Source: Nitrospirota bacterium
Lineage (GTDB): Bacteria; Nitrospirota; UBA9217
NCBI GenBank assembly: GCA_963751455.1
Contig: CAVVUN010000008.1
Location: forward strand, 264,636-328,635
Length of the DNA: 64,000 nucleotides
Reading direction: 5' to 3'
Shown: positions 10,644 to 21,680 of the stretch, piece by piece
How positions within the stretch are numbered: position 1 is the first letter of the stretch
Layout of the letters: each line of letters opens with the position of its first letter
Position numbers and translations under genes: made by a program
The notes under the pieces: model-generated
Databases searched by the model: none
Told to the model about the DNA's origin: nothing
The model's input: the letters and a program-made list of their open reading frames with translations, nothing else

Positions 10644-10750
10644 ACCGCGAAGGCGCGAGGAGTGCGAAGGAAACCATGCGACAAAATCTTATTTCTGGTT
10701 TAAACCCGTTTCAATTCCTGCTTTCCTCGCGTCCTTCGCGCCTTCGCGGT
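10644..10750. repeat. Inverted repeat with 9-nt-period arms (GCGAAG type)
   Basis: ACCGCGAAGGCGCGAGGAGTGCGAAGG ... CCTCGCGTCCTTCGCGCCTTCGCGGT. Relatives at 51340 and 52847. Confidence 0.8.
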
Positions 10751-10975
10751 TCCAAGGTATTTTTTTCATCGGTCTGAGGCCTTGCCTCGTTAAAGTTTAT
10801 TAGTTCTTTGCGTTCTTTTGCGGCAAAATAGATTTGCTTCCGGCTTATCAGGGTTTTAGGTAAGAGAAAACCGGTTTCCAGGCGGGAAAAAGAACAGCGG
10901 AAGAAGATAGGGGGCTGACTGCATATGCAGTCAGTTTTTTTTGAAGGTATTCCGGTTTAATCCTGGGCAGTTCTG

Positions 10976-11719
10976 CTAGAACGAGATAGATTCGAATTCC
11001 GGCCGCAGCTGAATAAATTTGTTCTTGAGGATCTGGATTTCTCCGGCCTTCTGCCATTTGTCAAGTACGCGGGTAACGGTTTCCCGGGTGAGGCCCGTCA
11101 TGTCGGCTATGTCCTGGTGGATCAGCTTGATTCCAAGAACGATTCCCTGAGGTGTCTCTTTCCCGTATGTTTCGGACAGCATAAGAAAGAGCATTTTTAT
11201 CCTCTGCGCGGCATCGTTGAAATTAAGCATCTGGATCCGCTTCCATGAATCCCGAAGACGCGAACTGAGGATATTAAGCAGGTTTTCAAGTACTTTTTTC
11301 TGGTTGAACAGAAGCGCAAAAAAGTCTTTCTTCGAAATGAGAGCCGTAACCGAATCGCGCGTTGCCTTGACGGTCGCGGGCGCCGTCTTCCCGTCGATCA
11401 GGGACAATTCTCCGAAGAAGTCCCCGGTCCTGTGGATGGTGACTATTATTCCCTTGCCTTCGCCGGTCACCTGGATCACCTTGGCCTCCCCATCGAGAAT
11501 AATGTACATATAGTCGTTCGTATTTTCCTCGTGAAGTATCACTTCATTCTTCTTGAACTTCTTGATCATCACCTTTTCCCTGACCTGGCGCAGTTCCTCC
11601 GGGCTTAGAGACGAAAAAAGCTCGGTTTGATTTATAGCTTGATCTTCCACTGTAATATTCACCATACGCCGTGAAGGCCGTTTCCTGCCGGTTTTGCCCG
11701 GTTTCCCGGGCTTCGACAT
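10976..11719 (-). CDS. CRP/FNR-family transcriptional regulator
   Basis: cNMP-binding barrel (GDFFGELSL) and HTH DIADMTGLTRETVTRVL. ATG 11719 has a GAGGTG RBS. Confidence 0.93.
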   Translation of the reverse strand: MSKPGKPGKTGRKRPSRRMVNITVEDQAINQTELFSSLSPEELRQVREKVMIKKFKKNEVILHEENTNDYMYIILDGEAKVIQVTGEGKGIIVTIHRTGDFFGELSLIDGKTAPATVKATRDSVTALISKKDFFALLFNQKKVLENLLNILSSRLRDSWKRIQMLNFNDAAQRIKMLFLMLSETYGKETPQGIVLGIKLIHQDIADMTGLTRETVTRVLDKWQKAGEIQILKNKFIQLRPEFESISF

Positions 11720-11817
11720 TATACGGTCACCTCGATTTGTTGCAATAACATTCTTATGTATTCCCTTATTTCTTTTCATATTAGTACTTTAATATCAAAA
11801 AATTAATAAATGAGCGA

Positions 11818-11860
11818 TGTGAGGATGGTCACATATTCCATCTTAGTTCATTTGTATTAT
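11818..11860 (+). promoter_or_regulatory. CRP box with class II-spaced -10 element
   Basis: TGTGA-GGATGG-TCACA (11818-11833), TATTAT at 11855-11860. Confidence 0.72.
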
Positions 11861-11917
11861 AGACTATCACAAAACAGCACCGCCGGTTCGCCGGTATTGC
11901 GCGAAGGAGGAAATAGT

Positions 11918-12325
11918 ATGAGGAGCAAGCGGTTTGGTTATGTTTTTGCGATAGTGTTTTTGCTTCTGATTTTAGGAGGGTGCGGCGGCGGATCGAGCGC
12001 CGTTCCGGGCGACCAGACATCCGCAGGCAGCGGCTACGGTGTTTTACCTGGCGGGAGCAGCGACTCGGAGGCAACCGGGATGGCAGCGCTTACCTGGGAA
12101 GCACCTACCACAAATGTCGATGGAACGGCCCTGACAAAGGTCGTCGGATACAGGATATATTACGGGTCGGCGCCCGGAGCATATAAAGGATACCTGGATG
12201 CCGGCAGCAGGCTTGACTTCTCGATCAGTGTCGCCCCCGGGACATACTATTTCGCTGTCAGTGCATATAACAGCTCCGGCGGTGAGAGTATTCCTTCAAA
12301 CGAAGTCAGCAAGACAGTATTATAA
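11918..12325 (+). CDS. Lipoprotein with a fibronectin type III-like domain
   Basis: AGGAGG RBS, lipobox LGGC, Gly/Ser linker, LTWEAP..GYRIYYG..YYFAVSAYN..ES..SNEVS. Confidence 0.88.
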   Translation: MRSKRFGYVFAIVFLLLILGGCGGGSSAVPGDQTSAGSGYGVLPGGSSDSEATGMAALTWEAPTTNVDGTALTKVVGYRIYYGSAPGAYKGYLDAGSRLDFSISVAPGTYYFAVSAYNSSGGESIPSNEVSKTVL

Positions 12326-12366
12326 TGATTGACAGGCTTTGACCCGCTGTTCGATAGCGCGGTCAT

Positions 12367-12401
12367 GGACGAATGAAATCTTCTCATTCGTCCTTTTTTT
12401 T
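12367..12401 (+). terminator. Rho-independent terminator
   Basis: Perfect stem GGACGAATGA/TCATTCGTCC followed by a T run. Confidence 0.85.
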
Positions 12402-12439
12402 GCCTTTTTTCTCCATCAGATTAGCATAAACGTATTACC

Positions 12440-12617
12440 CCTAAAAACTGCAGTTGGACGCAGATGAACGCAGATAACCGCAGATCAAACAAAAGAATTT
12501 TTAGAGAAAAAAATTCACCCGCTGGGTGGACTGCTTTTACGATACAGGAACGTTTTTTATCCGACTTTATCTGCGTTTATCCGATTTTTCTGCGTCCCAA
12601 ATGCTTTTTTTTACAGG
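12440..12617. mobile_element. ~180-bp MITE-like element (CCTAAAAAC..GCAGTT ends, ACGCAGAT arms), copy 1
   Basis: Near-identical copies at 52957-53160 and, reversed and partial, at 48301-48442. Confidence 0.85.
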
Positions 12618-12643
12618 TCTCTGGCAGCCACTCCGCTTCGACA

Positions 12644-14026
12644 TTATTGATGACTTGCGATGTGGTACAATCCATGCTTCTTCATGATGTCATAAAAAGT
12701 CGGGCGGCTGATGCCCAGGTCCTCTGCGGCTTGAGCGATATTTCCCTTATGCCGGTCCATCGCCCGCATGATCATATCCCGCTCTACCCGGTCTCTGGCA
12801 TCCCGGAGTGTCCTGCTGTCGGGGACAAGCGAAACAGGTATTGACGGTTTCGATGAGAAACCAAGGTCATGCGGCTCGATGAGGGCGCTTTCCGAAAGAA
12901 TGACTGCGCGTTGTATCTTGTTTTCAAGTTCACGCACGTTGCCCGGCCAGCCGTAGGACTCCATCATTTCGAGCGCCGCTGCACTGAATCCTTTTATCCG
13001 TTTCTTGAATTCTTCGCCGAACTGCCGCAGGAATACGGTGGCCAGGAGTGCAATGTCTCCTTTCCTGTCCCGCAGAGGCGGAAGAGGGACTGTCACGACC
13101 CCGATACGGTAGTATAAATCTTCACGGAACCGGCCGCACTTGATCTCTTCAGTGATATTTTTGTTCGATGCCGCGATAATCCTGGCATCGACATTGATGT
13201 CACCCCTGCCGCCGAGCCTCTGGATCGTCTTCTCCTGAAGAAAACGGAGGAGCTTTACCTGGAGGGCGTGCGGCAGCTCACCGATCTCATCCAGAAATAG
13301 TGTGCCGCTATGCGCGAATTCGAACTTGCCCTGCACCTTGGCATGCGCCCCTGTGAACGCGCCTTTTTCGTGACCGAAAAGCTCCGACTCAAGCAGATTT
13401 TCCGGGATCGCACCGCAGTTGATCGGGATAAATTCTTTTTCCCGACGCTGACTGAGAGTGTGAATGGCGCGGGCGACAAGCTCTTTTCCCGTTCCGCTTT
13501 CTCCCTGGATCAGCACTGCAGCTTCTGAAGCCGCCACCTTTCTTACCGTAGCAAATACTTCCAGCATGGCCGGGCATTGTCCGATGATGCCGGTCAGTGC
13601 GCCGCTTTTTTTATTCAGCGTCGTTCGTAAACGGCGGTTTTCCTCCTCCAGCAGGTAAAGATGGAACGCGCGCTTCACAATGACTTTTAACTCGGAAAGA
13701 TCGATGGGTTTTTGGAGAAAATCATATGCCCCGTTCTGCACTGCACGCACGGCATTCGCCTTTTCCCCGCTGCCCGTCACAATGATAATCTTGGCAAACT
13801 GCTGAGTTGAAAGCATTTCTTGAAGACAGCGGAACCCCTCATCAGTTCCCTCTGCATGGGGAGGCAGACCCAGATCGAGCACTACGACTTTGGGCCGATG
13901 CTTCAGAAAAAGGGCGAGAGCTTCTTTCCCGTCACCGGAGGACAGCACGGTGTATTCTGTGCTGAAACCCCACTTCAACTGTTTCCGGATGTCTTCAGAA
14001 TCGTCAACAATAAGCAGTTTTTCCAT
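12644..14026 (-). CDS. prsR: PEP-CTERM-box sigma-54 response regulator PrsR
   Basis: [38 protein letters not shown]. Downstream of the PrsK-like kinase in an exosortase locus. Confidence 0.88.
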   Translation of the reverse strand: MEKLLIVDDSEDIRKQLKWGFSTEYTVLSSGDGKEALALFLKHRPKVVVLDLGLPPHAEGTDEGFRCLQEMLSTQQFAKIIIVTGSGEKANAVRAVQNGAYDFLQKPIDLSELKVIVKRAFHLYLLEEENRRLRTTLNKKSGALTGIIGQCPAMLEVFATVRKVAASEAAVLIQGESGTGKELVARAIHTLSQRREKEFIPINCGAIPENLLESELFGHEKGAFTGAHAKVQGKFEFAHSGTLFLDEIGELPHALQVKLLRFLQEKTIQRLGGRGDINVDARIIAASNKNITEEIKCGRFREDLYYRIGVVTVPLPPLRDRKGDIALLATVFLRQFGEEFKKRIKGFSAAALEMMESYGWPGNVRELENKIQRAVILSESALIEPHDLGFSSKPSIPVSLVPDSRTLRDARDRVERDMIMRAMDRHKGNIAQAAEDLGISRPTFYDIMKKHGLYHIASHQ

Positions 14027-14186
14027 TGCATGGTACTCCTTTTTCTTTAGTGCCGAAAAACTTAGTAGTGCGCGTGAAAGCGGGCTGCACGCAGGGACGG
14101 CACGGACCATCTGACCAAGAGGCAAAGCTTCCCTATACGATACATAACCAAGTGTCAGTTTTTGCTTTTCGTCGACGCTTGGGCCG

Positions 14187-16299
14187 CTAAATTTTGATTT
14201 GCTGCGGCCGAGGCAACGATGCAGAATAAGCGCTGTCCAGCGCATACCGCAGTGTGCGGTCAGCGGCCGGAAGGCGGACGGTAAAACTGGAGCCCTTCCC
14301 ACTCTCGCTCGACACTTCGATTGTGCCGCCAAGCGACTCGACGATCTTCTTGCATTGGTAGAGGCCGATACCCAGCCCTGTCTTTTTGGTGGTTCGGAAC
14401 GGCTTGAAAAGCTGGTGCTGCATGAAGGCTCTGGTCATTCCGGACCCGCTGTCGGTAATCGTCAGGCACACACTGCCGTTTTGCCAGCCGGTTTCTATCG
14501 TGACCTGTGCCCGTTCTCCGCCCGCCTCAAGCCCGTTTTGAACGAGATTGATGATCACCTTCTTTAGTTCACCTGTGTCGATAAGGGCAGGCGCCGGTTC
14601 TCCGCGGCAGACGATATCCGCATCAGGCCTTGCCTTCCTCATCTCCTCTACGACCTCCGAGGACAAATCACGGATGTCGTGTCGTTCCATGCGCGACGCT
14701 CCGCCTTGGTCAACCACCTTCAGCTTTTGCGTCAGTTGTTTCATATTCTTCGAGCGCATTGCGGATCGCTGTTATCATATCGCGCTGAAATTGCATATTT
14801 CCTATGTGTTCTTCGGCATTGTGCGTCATCAGCGCGAGGGTATAGGCAAGATTCTTCAAATCGTGGACAACAAAGGACGATAGACGGGCAGTGGCGGCAA
14901 GTTCCCGGGTTTCTATCAATTCCTCGGAAAGACGAAGATTATTGAGCAGCAGAGCGGCTTGCCGGGCCACGATCTTCATCAGGTCATAGTCCTCGTAAGT
15001 GAACGGCTCCTCCCCTATCGGCTCTCCGAAGACAACCACGCCTTCGGTCTTCCGGTTGCAAACCAGCGGAACGACCAGCCGCGCACGCGAAGTGCTGATA
15101 AACGAGATCTCTTCGTCATCGGGTTCGTATTCACCGTCAAACGGGTTCCATACGCGGTTCCGGTCGCAGAAATACGACTGCAGAGCCTCTGAGGGAATAA
15201 ACCCGGTATCGGGACCGGCAACCTGATGCTGTCCCGCCGGCAGATACCTGCCGCTCGTTCGATTGAACAGGTACAGGAATGCGCTGCGAAGACCGAAGAT
15301 TTCGCGGTAGGCTGCCGGGATTGCTTTTTCCATGTCGCAGACCGTCATGCAGGAGGCCAGCCGGCTGCTCAAATCGAGCCAGGTGTGGCGATAGTCGTGC
15401 TTGTGCTCGAAAAAATGCTTGCTCAGGAAGACCATCAGCGACCGCCGGAGCGTCTCCGAGAGGATTGCGATTAAAAGGGCGATGCCGCCCGCAAAAGACA
15501 GGAAAATGGTCAGGTACCTGCCGAAGGACACATCGAAATACCGGATGCCTTCTCCGATAGTGCCCAATAGAACGAAGTAGATTCCGGCACCGAGCAGTGT
15601 AAGCGAACGGTACATCATATACCGGGAGACGGTAACGTTGATGCCGCTGCCGCGAACCAGTTTTGAGAACAAGATGAGGCACGATGCAATGATGAAAAAA
15701 CCGGCCCTGACCGGCTGCAGTTGGGCAATTGTTGCGGGGTACAGCATCGCCTGGCTGAAAGTGAAGATCAGCACCGTCAGGATGCTGCCCGCTCCTATTA
15801 CTTCGTACTTGATCTTGTCTCGGTCGGCCGCAGCGGTGGAAACGAATGTCGCCTCGAGGTTCATCAGGGCAACGATGAAGAAGACCTGAGCGGCCAGAGA
15901 GTACAGGGACCCGCCCCCGCCGGGGAAAAGCGCCACTGCGGCGCCGGGGTGGTTCAAAAGATCGATCAGGGGAAAAACGATAGCCACGGCAGGCAGGAGA
16001 ACAACGGCCGAGAGAAGGACGACTCCGCGCCGGGAAAAAACCGAGACCGATTCGCTTCGCGCAAAGGTTAAGCTGTACCACAGCAGGCACGCGGGCAGAA
16101 AAGCTGCAAAAACAATCCCAAGCGCTTTGTACTGGGAATAAGAGCCTCCGCCGTATTGTTCCGCAGCCTCGATTGCGGCGAGGCAAAGAGCGCTCAGCGC
16201 AAGGGCAATATCGGATGAGCTTTTCCGCTTTCCTATGCTGAGCGCGAAGACACAAAGAAGTGAGAAAATCGCGAGCGTTGAGAGGATTATTGGGTTCAT
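14187..16299 (-). CDS. prsK: PEP-CTERM system histidine kinase PrsK, split by one +1 frameshift near 14750
   Basis: Multi-TM N-terminus, HKHDYRHTW, GAF, FVVHDLKNL in one frame, and HATPase (LFKPFRTTK..GLGIGLYQ) in the next. Removing 1 nt gives 703 aa. Confidence 0.88.
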
Positions 16300-16302
16300 G
16301 GT

Positions 16303-17616
16303 CTAGGCCTTTATCAGGGTGCAGTGCCCGTTTTTATGTGAGCCGTTGGTCGCATTCCGTGTATCGACGACGAGAGGCGCGTGATTAAGGATAAAATCAT
16401 AGTCATAGCAGGAGTGGTCAGTAGCTACGACAACGCAATCGTAGGTCTTCAGCGCCTTTTCCGTCAACGCCACGGAACTTTTTTTGAAGTCGTACATCCG
16501 CATCTTCCTGGTTTTCGGGATATACGGATCGTTAAAATCCACCTGTGCGCCTTTTTCGGCGAGGAGGTCCATGATCTTGAGAGAAGGCGATTCCCGCGTG
16601 TCGTCAATGTCCTTCTTATAGGCCAGGCCGAGAATAAGAATTTTGGAAGCCCGTATCGGCTTGTTCTTCGTATTAAGAGCGCCGATTATTTTGTCGACGA
16701 CATAATATGGCATATGGGTGTTGATCTCGCCGGCGAGTTCGATGAATTTCGTGTGAAAATCGTATTCGCGGGCCTTCCAGGTCAGGTAGAAAGGATCGAT
16801 GGGAATGCAATGACCTCCCAGGCCAGGCCCGGGATAAAAGGCCTGAAAGCCGAACGGCTTTGTCTTGGCAGCCTCTATTACTTCATAAATATCGATGCCC
16901 ATCCTGTCGAACAACATCTTCAGTTCGTTGACCATTGCTATGTTTACCGCCCGGTAAATATTCTCGAGCAGCTTGGCCGCCTCGGCCACCTTCGTCGAGG
17001 AAACCGGAACGGTCTTGTTGACAACCGAGCTATAGAGCGCATCCGCCAGCTTAAGGCAATTCTTTGTATATCCTCCCACGATCTTCGGTATTGTGCTCGT
17101 GGAATAGTGTTTGTTGTTCGGGTCCTCCCGCTCCGGTGAAAAAGCAAGATAGAAATCCTGACCGGCCTTGAGACCGTTCTTTTCGAGAATCGCTTTCATG
17201 TCCCCGTCGGTGGTACCCGGGTAAGTCGTCGACTCCAGCACCACGAGATGGCCTTTTTTGAGATACTTTGCAACCGTCTCGGTCGTATTGAGCACATACG
17301 AGAGGTCGGGCTCGCGGTGTTCATTGAGCGGGGTAGGAACGCAGATGATGATGCAGTCCGTCTCTCGCAGCTGTGAAAAATTGGTGGTTGCTTTGAAGCT
17401 GGTATTGTTTTTGAGGAGATTCACTTCCTCAGGAAGTATATGCTTGATATAGGTTTTGCCCTCCTGCAGGCATTTTATCTTTTCGGGATCTATGTCGAAG
17501 CCGATTGCCTCAAATCCCGCTTTTACGAACTGGATGATGAGGGGAAGTCCTACATAACCGAGTCCGATGATTCCTACCGTTGCACTTCGTTTTTGAATTT
17601 TGTCCAGAAGCGTCAT
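16303..17616 (-). CDS. UDP-N-acetyl-hexosamine 6-dehydrogenase (WbpA/WecC family)
   Basis: GLGYVGLP, ESTTYPGTT, FSPEREDP, GLGGHCIPIDP. Confidence 0.95.
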   Translation of the reverse strand: MTLLDKIQKRSATVGIIGLGYVGLPLIIQFVKAGFEAIGFDIDPEKIKCLQEGKTYIKHILPEEVNLLKNNTSFKATTNFSQLRETDCIIICVPTPLNEHREPDLSYVLNTTETVAKYLKKGHLVVLESTTYPGTTDGDMKAILEKNGLKAGQDFYLAFSPEREDPNNKHYSTSTIPKIVGGYTKNCLKLADALYSSVVNKTVPVSSTKVAEAAKLLENIYRAVNIAMVNELKMLFDRMGIDIYEVIEAAKTKPFGFQAFYPGPGLGGHCIPIDPFYLTWKAREYDFHTKFIELAGEINTHMPYYVVDKIIGALNTKNKPIRASKILILGLAYKKDIDDTRESPSLKIMDLLAEKGAQVDFNDPYIPKTRKMRMYDFKKSSVALTEKALKTYDCVVVATDHSCYDYDFILNHAPLVVDTRNATNGSHKNGHCTLIKA

Positions 17617-17648
17617 AGTTGTCTCCTTTGCGTCAATGTGTTAAATAT

Positions 17649-17713
17649 GTTAAGCAGTTGAGTTGTTGAGTTATCCGGTTTCTCAACTACTCATCCGCTG
17701 AACGACTCAACGG
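17649..17713. repeat. Inverted repeat with 8-nt-period arms
   Basis: GTTAAGCA-GTTGAGTT-GTTGAGTT ... CTCAACTA-CTCATCCG-CTGAACGA-CTCAACGG. Confidence 0.6.
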
Positions 17714-17723
17714 ATTCCGGAAC

Positions 17724-18152
17724 CTATTTACTGACCTCGTTCGAAAAAAAACTCTCTACTCCCGACGCATCGTATGCCTTTACTGCGAAATAATGGGTTC
17801 CCGTATCGAGACCATGAACCGTATATGAGCATTCAGTTCGGCCGGGGCCTCCTTCCTGAGCATCGCTTTTCCTGCACGATAAATCGGGACTATCAAGCGG
17901 AATCTTTATGACCCGGTCATGCTTTTGGGGCGAGTTCCCATAATAAATCTTGTATCCTGCCAGGCCGGCTTTTCCGGTTCTATTCCTGGCGGGCTCGTTC
18001 CAGGTCAATACAACACTGCCTCGGCCTGCAGGGGGCGCATTACTTCTGCACCCGATCACTGCCGCGAGCAGGAGTACCATGCTGAAGCAGGTAATCCTGA
18101 AGAAAAATGAGATAAGCGTAATCTTTGTTTTATTTTCGTTCAAGAAATGCAT
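17724..18152 (-). CDS. Lipoprotein with a fibronectin type III-like domain
   Basis: Lipobox VIGC, VLTWNEP..LAGYKIYYG..HYFAVKAYD..ES..SNEVSK. Similar to 11918-12325. Confidence 0.85.
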   Translation of the reverse strand: MHFLNENKTKITLISFFFRITCFSMVLLLAAVIGCRSNAPPAGRGSVVLTWNEPARNRTGKAGLAGYKIYYGNSPQKHDRVIKIPLDSPDLSCRKSDAQEGGPGRTECSYTVHGLDTGTHYFAVKAYDASGVESFFSNEVSK

Positions 18153-18202
18153 GAGATATTCCTTTTTAGTGACAAGTCCCTCTTCTGCTTGTCCGGTTCA
18201 GG

Positions 18203-19129
18203 TCATTTCCGCCTGAACCAGCCGTCAAGACGCTGGTCCTGACCGGATCTTTTTTCAAATTTTCTGAGGAGCACAATAAGGCCGCCCACAATAAACAGGG
18301 AGAGCATGAAAAAAAGAATTCCCATTCGGCTATGCAATGTGCTTTCCGTGAGCATCCTGCTGTCGACATAGACGCCCAGTATGGAAAGGACGAATATCCT
18401 GAGGCCGTTTTTCACTATCGTGATCGGAACTGCCGCAATCACGAGAACTGCCCTTGACCATCCGGAACGCAGAAAAAAGCTGCCTGCAAACAGGGCCGTA
18501 ATTACCAGGGAGAGGCCTGCGCGGACTCCGCTGCATTCCTTAGCAACTTCTATATCGAGCGTCGGCAGGTGAAAGACAAAGCCTTCCCTTCCGAATGGGG
18601 TGCCGGCTGCAATAAAGAACACGTGAACGGCTGCGGAGGACCACTGCCGGAGAAAAAGGATACAGTGCTCGAGCAGCGAATCCGGCAGGGGGACTGCCAG
18701 GAACAGGAACAACACGGGAAACGCTGCTTCCCGGAGCGAATCCACGCCGTACAGGACCGTAAATCCCGAAATCCAGAGCACAACAAGTGAAAGAGCCATG
18801 AGAGATTGATAATTGCTCCGGTTGAACAGGATGTGCGCCTGATCGGCGGCGATGAAGAACACCGCAGCGGCGCCTGCAAGTAAGATCGCGGCCTGCCGGG
18901 AAGAAGGGGGGCAAGAAAAAATCTTTTTTCTGTTCATGAAAAGAAGATACGCCGTAATGATCGGGACAAGCGGAACATACGAGAAGTACGGGCTCTTCCA
19001 GCACGTCTGCATCAACTCCCGGAGCTGCGGAAAGAAAAAAACTGCGAAGGCCGCATTCCAGAGGAGAAAAAGCAGGTTCCGGTGGAGCACTCCCTTGAGA
19101 AGCGGATAGCTCGTTTGCTGTTTGTTCAT
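18203..19129 (-). CDS. Exosortase (no EpsI domain)
   Basis: Multi-TM with the catalytic Cys-Arg-His pattern: EVAKECSG, NGLRI, LHSRMG. Confidence 0.92.
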   Translation of the reverse strand: MNKQQTSYPLLKGVLHRNLLFLLWNAAFAVFFFPQLRELMQTCWKSPYFSYVPLVPIITAYLLFMNRKKIFSCPPSSRQAAILLAGAAAVFFIAADQAHILFNRSNYQSLMALSLVVLWISGFTVLYGVDSLREAAFPVLFLFLAVPLPDSLLEHCILFLRQWSSAAVHVFFIAAGTPFGREGFVFHLPTLDIEVAKECSGVRAGLSLVITALFAGSFFLRSGWSRAVLVIAAVPITIVKNGLRIFVLSILGVYVDSRMLTESTLHSRMGILFFMLSLFIVGGLIVLLRKFEKRSGQDQRLDGWFRRK

Positions 19130-19156
19130 GACTGCTGAACCCGGCTGTTGAAGAGT

Positions 19157-19397
19157 ATCCTGAAAAAAACATTTAGGACACGGATAAAATCCGATTAACG
19201 CGGATTTATAAAGACATTAAACCTTTATAATCCTAAAAACGGCATTTGGACACGGATGAACACGGAAATAACGGATAAAAACAGTGCGCTAGAACAAAAT
19301 AACATCTCGCCCTTTTGGAGAATTATGAAAGAGTTGTATATCTTTGTAAATACGTGTTAATCAGATTTTATCCGTGTCCAAAAGCTCTTTTCAGGAT
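19157..19397. mobile_element. MITE-like element (ATCCTAAAAACGGCA ends, CACGGAT arms) at 19230-19397 plus a half element upstream
   Basis: Clearly homologous to 21513-21680 in ends, arms and spacer. Confidence 0.8.
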
Positions 19398-19456
19398 AAT
19401 TCACCCAAAGGGCGAAATGTTACTTTATCTATCGCGCTGTTTTTAATCCGTAGGCG

Positions 19457-19540
19457 CCTGCACCCACCGATTACGAGCCTGCGGCCAGCGATTATGCGTG
19501 CGAAGCGCAAATGCAGGCTGTGAGCATGCGCGAGTGCAGG
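19457..19540. repeat. Small element with CCTGCAC/GTGCAGG ends interrupting a TCCGTG arm
   Basis: Terminal IR with GCG on both flanks. Similar ends at 49907 and 51291. Confidence 0.5.
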
Positions 19541-19551
19541 GCGTTCCGTGT

Positions 19552-21303
19552 TCATCCGTGTCCAGTTTCTCTTTTTAGGTCATGAATAGTGCCGCTCTCA
19601 GGAGAGGAAGCCATTAACGTGCTGCGTTCTCTCGTTACGAAAGCATTGACGGTGACGCCATTTTGAGCTGAGGAAGGAACAGCCGAAGCTACAGGTCTAC
19701 CGATGTCTCCGCTGTTGATGTTTTTTTCGTGGTCGTCCTTCAGTGTCTTTTTGTCGGTCTTGCCGTTCGCCGATTTCGGGAGTCGGTCGACAAATATAAC
19801 GTGTTTCGGAACCATGAACGATTGAAGGCGGTCTGCACAGTGCTTCAATACTTCCCGGATTTGAGGCCGGACCTCGCCGGGGCATACCACGCATGCCACA
19901 ACCGCCTGACCCAGTATTTCATCCGGCACACCGAAGACAGCCGCTTCCAGTATCCCCTCCATGGCACACAGCACGTTTTCAACTTCCCGGGGGCTTACCC
20001 GCTCACCCCTGGTCTTTATCATATCGTCCTTCCTGCCGACAAAGTAAAGAAATCCTGCCTCGTCTTTCCTGAACAGGTCACCCGTGTAGAGCAGGCGCTC
20101 GCCGGGCAGGCGGCCGGGACGAAAGGTCTTTGCTGTCAGCTCCGGCGCGTTCCAGTAGCCGCGCATGACATGCGAGCCCCTGATGACCAGCTCGCCGACC
20201 TCGCCTGGCAACGCCTCGTCCCCGGACTCGTTTACGATAAAGACCTCGGTATTGGGTATAGCCTTTCCAACCGACGCCGGCCTCCGGGAAAGCTCTTCGG
20301 GCGGAAGATAGGAGACACGCTTGCACTCTGTCAGCCCGTACATAGAAAAAAGCCGTGCTTTCGGCAGGAGCACAGCAAGCTTCCGTATATATTCTACAGG
20401 CAGGGCCGCCGCCGTATTGGTCACGTAGCGAAGCGAGCTGAGATCATACCGATCAAGGTTTTTCATTTTCAGAAGCAGAAACGCCGCGATGGTCGGAACC
20501 AGCGGGAACCCGGTGGCGCGCTCCCGTTCAATGCGTTCGAGAATTTTAACGGGATAGAGGAAGGCCTTTTCGAGAACAACCGTTCCCCCGAACATCACGG
20601 CCATGATTACCTGGTACAGGCCGTAATCGAATGAAAGCGGAAGCACACTTACGATAATGTCGTCGGGCGTATTCCCGATATACTGAATAATGCTTCGCGC
20701 TGCGGAGATAACGTTGTGGTGCGTGGACATGACTCCTTTGGGCTCCCCGGTTGAACCAGAGGTGTAGATGAGTGCCGCAAGGTCCTGATCAATGCACGCT
20801 GCCGTATGCACTGCCGGCGGGTCGGCAGTCAGTTTATCCTCCCGCAGTACTTCGGCCCAGGATAACCGGGGACCCGGAAGCGTCTGCGGCACGTACTCGC
20901 TATCGCCCACCCATAGTGTAGTGCATTCCCGGCCGAGTCCGGCAAGGGCCTCCTTCACCACATCGGCCTTACCGGTATCGGTTATAAGAACGGTGGCTCC
21001 AGAGTCCCGGACGATATAGCCCAGCTTGCCGGCTTTCATGGTACTGTCAAGGATCACAAAGACCGCGCCTGCCTTCAGAACGCCGTACATTGAGATCACT
21101 GCTTCGATCGAATTATCCAGGAAAATGATTACGCGGTCACCCCGTTTCAATCCGAGAGACAACAAAGCATCGGAGAGGCGGGCTGAAGAGTATTCCAGCG
21201 CCCGGTAGCTCAGGCGTCCTTCGCCGCAAATGACGGCGTTCTTGTCCGGGAACTCAGCGGCCGTACGGGACAAATATTCATGCACTAAGACGGGGCTGAA
21301 CAT
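19552..21303 (-). CDS. AMP-dependent acyl/aminoacyl-adenylating ligase
   Basis: YTSGSTGEPKG, YGLTE, YTGDL, GRKDDMIK, LPKSANGK. GGAGGTG RBS. Confidence 0.92.
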   Translation of the reverse strand: MFSPVLVHEYLSRTAAEFPDKNAVICGEGRLSYRALEYSSARLSDALLSLGLKRGDRVIIFLDNSIEAVISMYGVLKAGAVFVILDSTMKAGKLGYIVRDSGATVLITDTGKADVVKEALAGLGRECTTLWVGDSEYVPQTLPGPRLSWAEVLREDKLTADPPAVHTAACIDQDLAALIYTSGSTGEPKGVMSTHHNVISAARSIIQYIGNTPDDIIVSVLPLSFDYGLYQVIMAVMFGGTVVLEKAFLYPVKILERIERERATGFPLVPTIAAFLLLKMKNLDRYDLSSLRYVTNTAAALPVEYIRKLAVLLPKARLFSMYGLTECKRVSYLPPEELSRRPASVGKAIPNTEVFIVNESGDEALPGEVGELVIRGSHVMRGYWNAPELTAKTFRPGRLPGERLLYTGDLFRKDEAGFLYFVGRKDDMIKTRGERVSPREVENVLCAMEGILEAAVFGVPDEILGQAVVACVVCPGEVRPQIREVLKHCADRLQSFMVPKHVIFVDRLPKSANGKTDKKTLKDDHEKNINSGDIGRPVASAVPSSAQNGVTVNAFVTRERSTLMASSPESGTIHDLKRETGHG

Positions 21304-21378
21304 GCGGTCACCTCCTGAGGACGGCCAAATTAAAAACGGCAACGTGCAAAAAATGTAGATATCCGGAAAAAAGGATCC

Positions 21379-21481
21379 ATCCGCAGATTTCGCAGACGGA
21401 CGCAGATTTTAAAATCATTTCTGGTTTACATAATCTGTGGCATCTGCGTAATCTGCGGATAAATAATGACTGAGTAGTTAC
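21379..21481. repeat. Inverted repeat with CGCAGAT arms and one CTGAGTAGTTAC end
   Basis: ATCCGCAGATTTCGCAGACGGACGCAGAT ... ATCTGTGGCATCTGCGTAATCTGCGGAT. Confidence 0.75.
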
Positions 21482-21512
21482 ATTGCTTTAACGATAAAAT
21501 GAAATTCTTTTT

Positions 21513-21680
21513 ATCCTAAAAACGGCATTTGAACACGGATGAACATGGAAACAGCGGATCAAAACAATGTGATAGAGCAAAAAGCCATCTCGCCTTTTGG
21601 GTGAATCCATTACTGTTCGTAACTTCCTATAAATCCGTGTTGATCAGATTTTATCCGTGTCCAACTGCTTTTTTCAGGTT
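21513..21680. mobile_element. MITE-like element, paralog of 19230-19397
   Basis: Ends ATCCTAAAAACGGCATTT / AACTGCTTTTTTCAGGTT. Abuts the stop of the asnB-like gene. Confidence 0.8.

Noticed and set aside
14027-14332. 102-aa N-terminal extension of PrsR in the ORF track
   Set aside because: It overlaps prsK, and a good RBS and family start lie at 14026.
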